Of a DNA stretch of 64,000 nucleotides, positions 63,750 to 64,000 are shown piece after piece. The notes under the pieces were generated by a model. That model searched no databases. It was given only the letters and a program-made list of their open reading frames with translations, and had not been told where the DNA came from. How positions within the stretch are numbered: the first letter of the stretch is position 1; each line of letters opens with the position of its first letter. Both the position numbers and the translations under genes were made by a program. Source of the stretch: a virus (lineage: Duplodnaviria > Heunggongvirae > Uroviricota > Caudoviricetes); IMG/VR virus record IMGVR_UViG_3300036760_000193, positions 27,395 through 91,394 of that record; one strand, written 5' to 3'.

Positions 63750-63956
63750 TTATTTTCTTACGGCGTCAAATACTTCTTTTGTTTTTTCGTAATTGAGTCC
63801 GAAATCAGCCAAGATTTCTTGGAAGGTTTGAACGTCATGTTTCCGCAACTGATACTTTTTCTTCTCGTCATCGTATCGGACGCGCAACAGCTGTTCATAC
63901 ACTAACAATGACCGTTGGTACTCATCTGATCCTTCCCAATTTCCTTTCCACACCAC
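63750..63956 (-). CDS. hypothetical protein (68 aa)
   Basis: Minus ORF. Confidence 0.35.
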   Translation of the reverse strand: MVWKGNWEGSDEYQRSLLVYEQLLRVRYDDEKKKYQLRKHDVQTFQEILADFGLNYEKTKEVFDAVRK

Positions 63957-64000
63957 AAGAACAAGCTTGCGATTGGTGAAGGCCGCTAAGAGACCGCTAA

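Noticed and set aside
415-64000. All plus-strand ORFs in the six-frame track (e.g. 1174..1482, 8101..8331, 22866..23519, 31566..32024, 38109..38495, 41698..42015, 43749..44216, 45760..46143)
   Set aside because: Each lies antisense inside a better-supported minus-strand gene. They lack Shine-Dalgarno sites, have atypical composition and show no recognisable motifs. I treat them as shadow ORFs.

Overview
This window reads as the early/middle replication, nucleotide-metabolism and host-takeover region of a large virulent dsDNA phage. Every credible gene (about 135) is on the minus strand; plus-strand ORFs look like antisense artefacts. Gene starts carry strong Shine-Dalgarno sites (AAGGAGG-type). 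There are at least 13 copies of a near-perfect sigma70 promoter, TTGACA-N17-TATAAT, embedded in a longer conserved motif. On the plus strand this motif reads ...TATACCATGAAAA-N10-TTGTCAAGGG; four copies sit 5-6 nt from the start codon, which implies leaderless transcripts. Genes I can identify: a family A DNA polymerase with an N-terminal family-4 UDG-like domain (the SPO1/Herelleviridae hallmark), a TOPRIM primase, an ATP-dependent DNA ligase, a class II (NPCGE) ribonucleotide reductase, a thymidylate-kinase-like dNMP kinase, dUTPase, a Cas4-like PD-(D/E)xK nuclease, SbcD/Mre11, an Rnl2-type RNA ligase, a CCA-adding-enzyme head domain, a tRNA, a NusG-like factor, two sigma-like proteins and four HNH homing endonucleases. 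The SbcC/Rad50 gene is split into three ORFs with sbcD and an HNH gene inserted between them. Other notable genes: the NAMPT plus NMNAT-Nudix NAD+ salvage pair (NadV/NatV, NARP2-type anti-defence); a MoxR AAA+ ATPase paired with an HExxH-VWA protein; a cluster of three paralogous Mom-like/GNAT-like proteins flanking the tRNA and a DxD-motif protein; a patatin-like phospholipase; an SPFH/band-7 protein; a cold-shock protein; a secreted collagen-repeat protein; and a PQ-loop membrane protein. Two long non-coding stretches with repeats and TATAAATA motifs remain unexplained. All calls rest on motifs read from the translations; no database searches were run.
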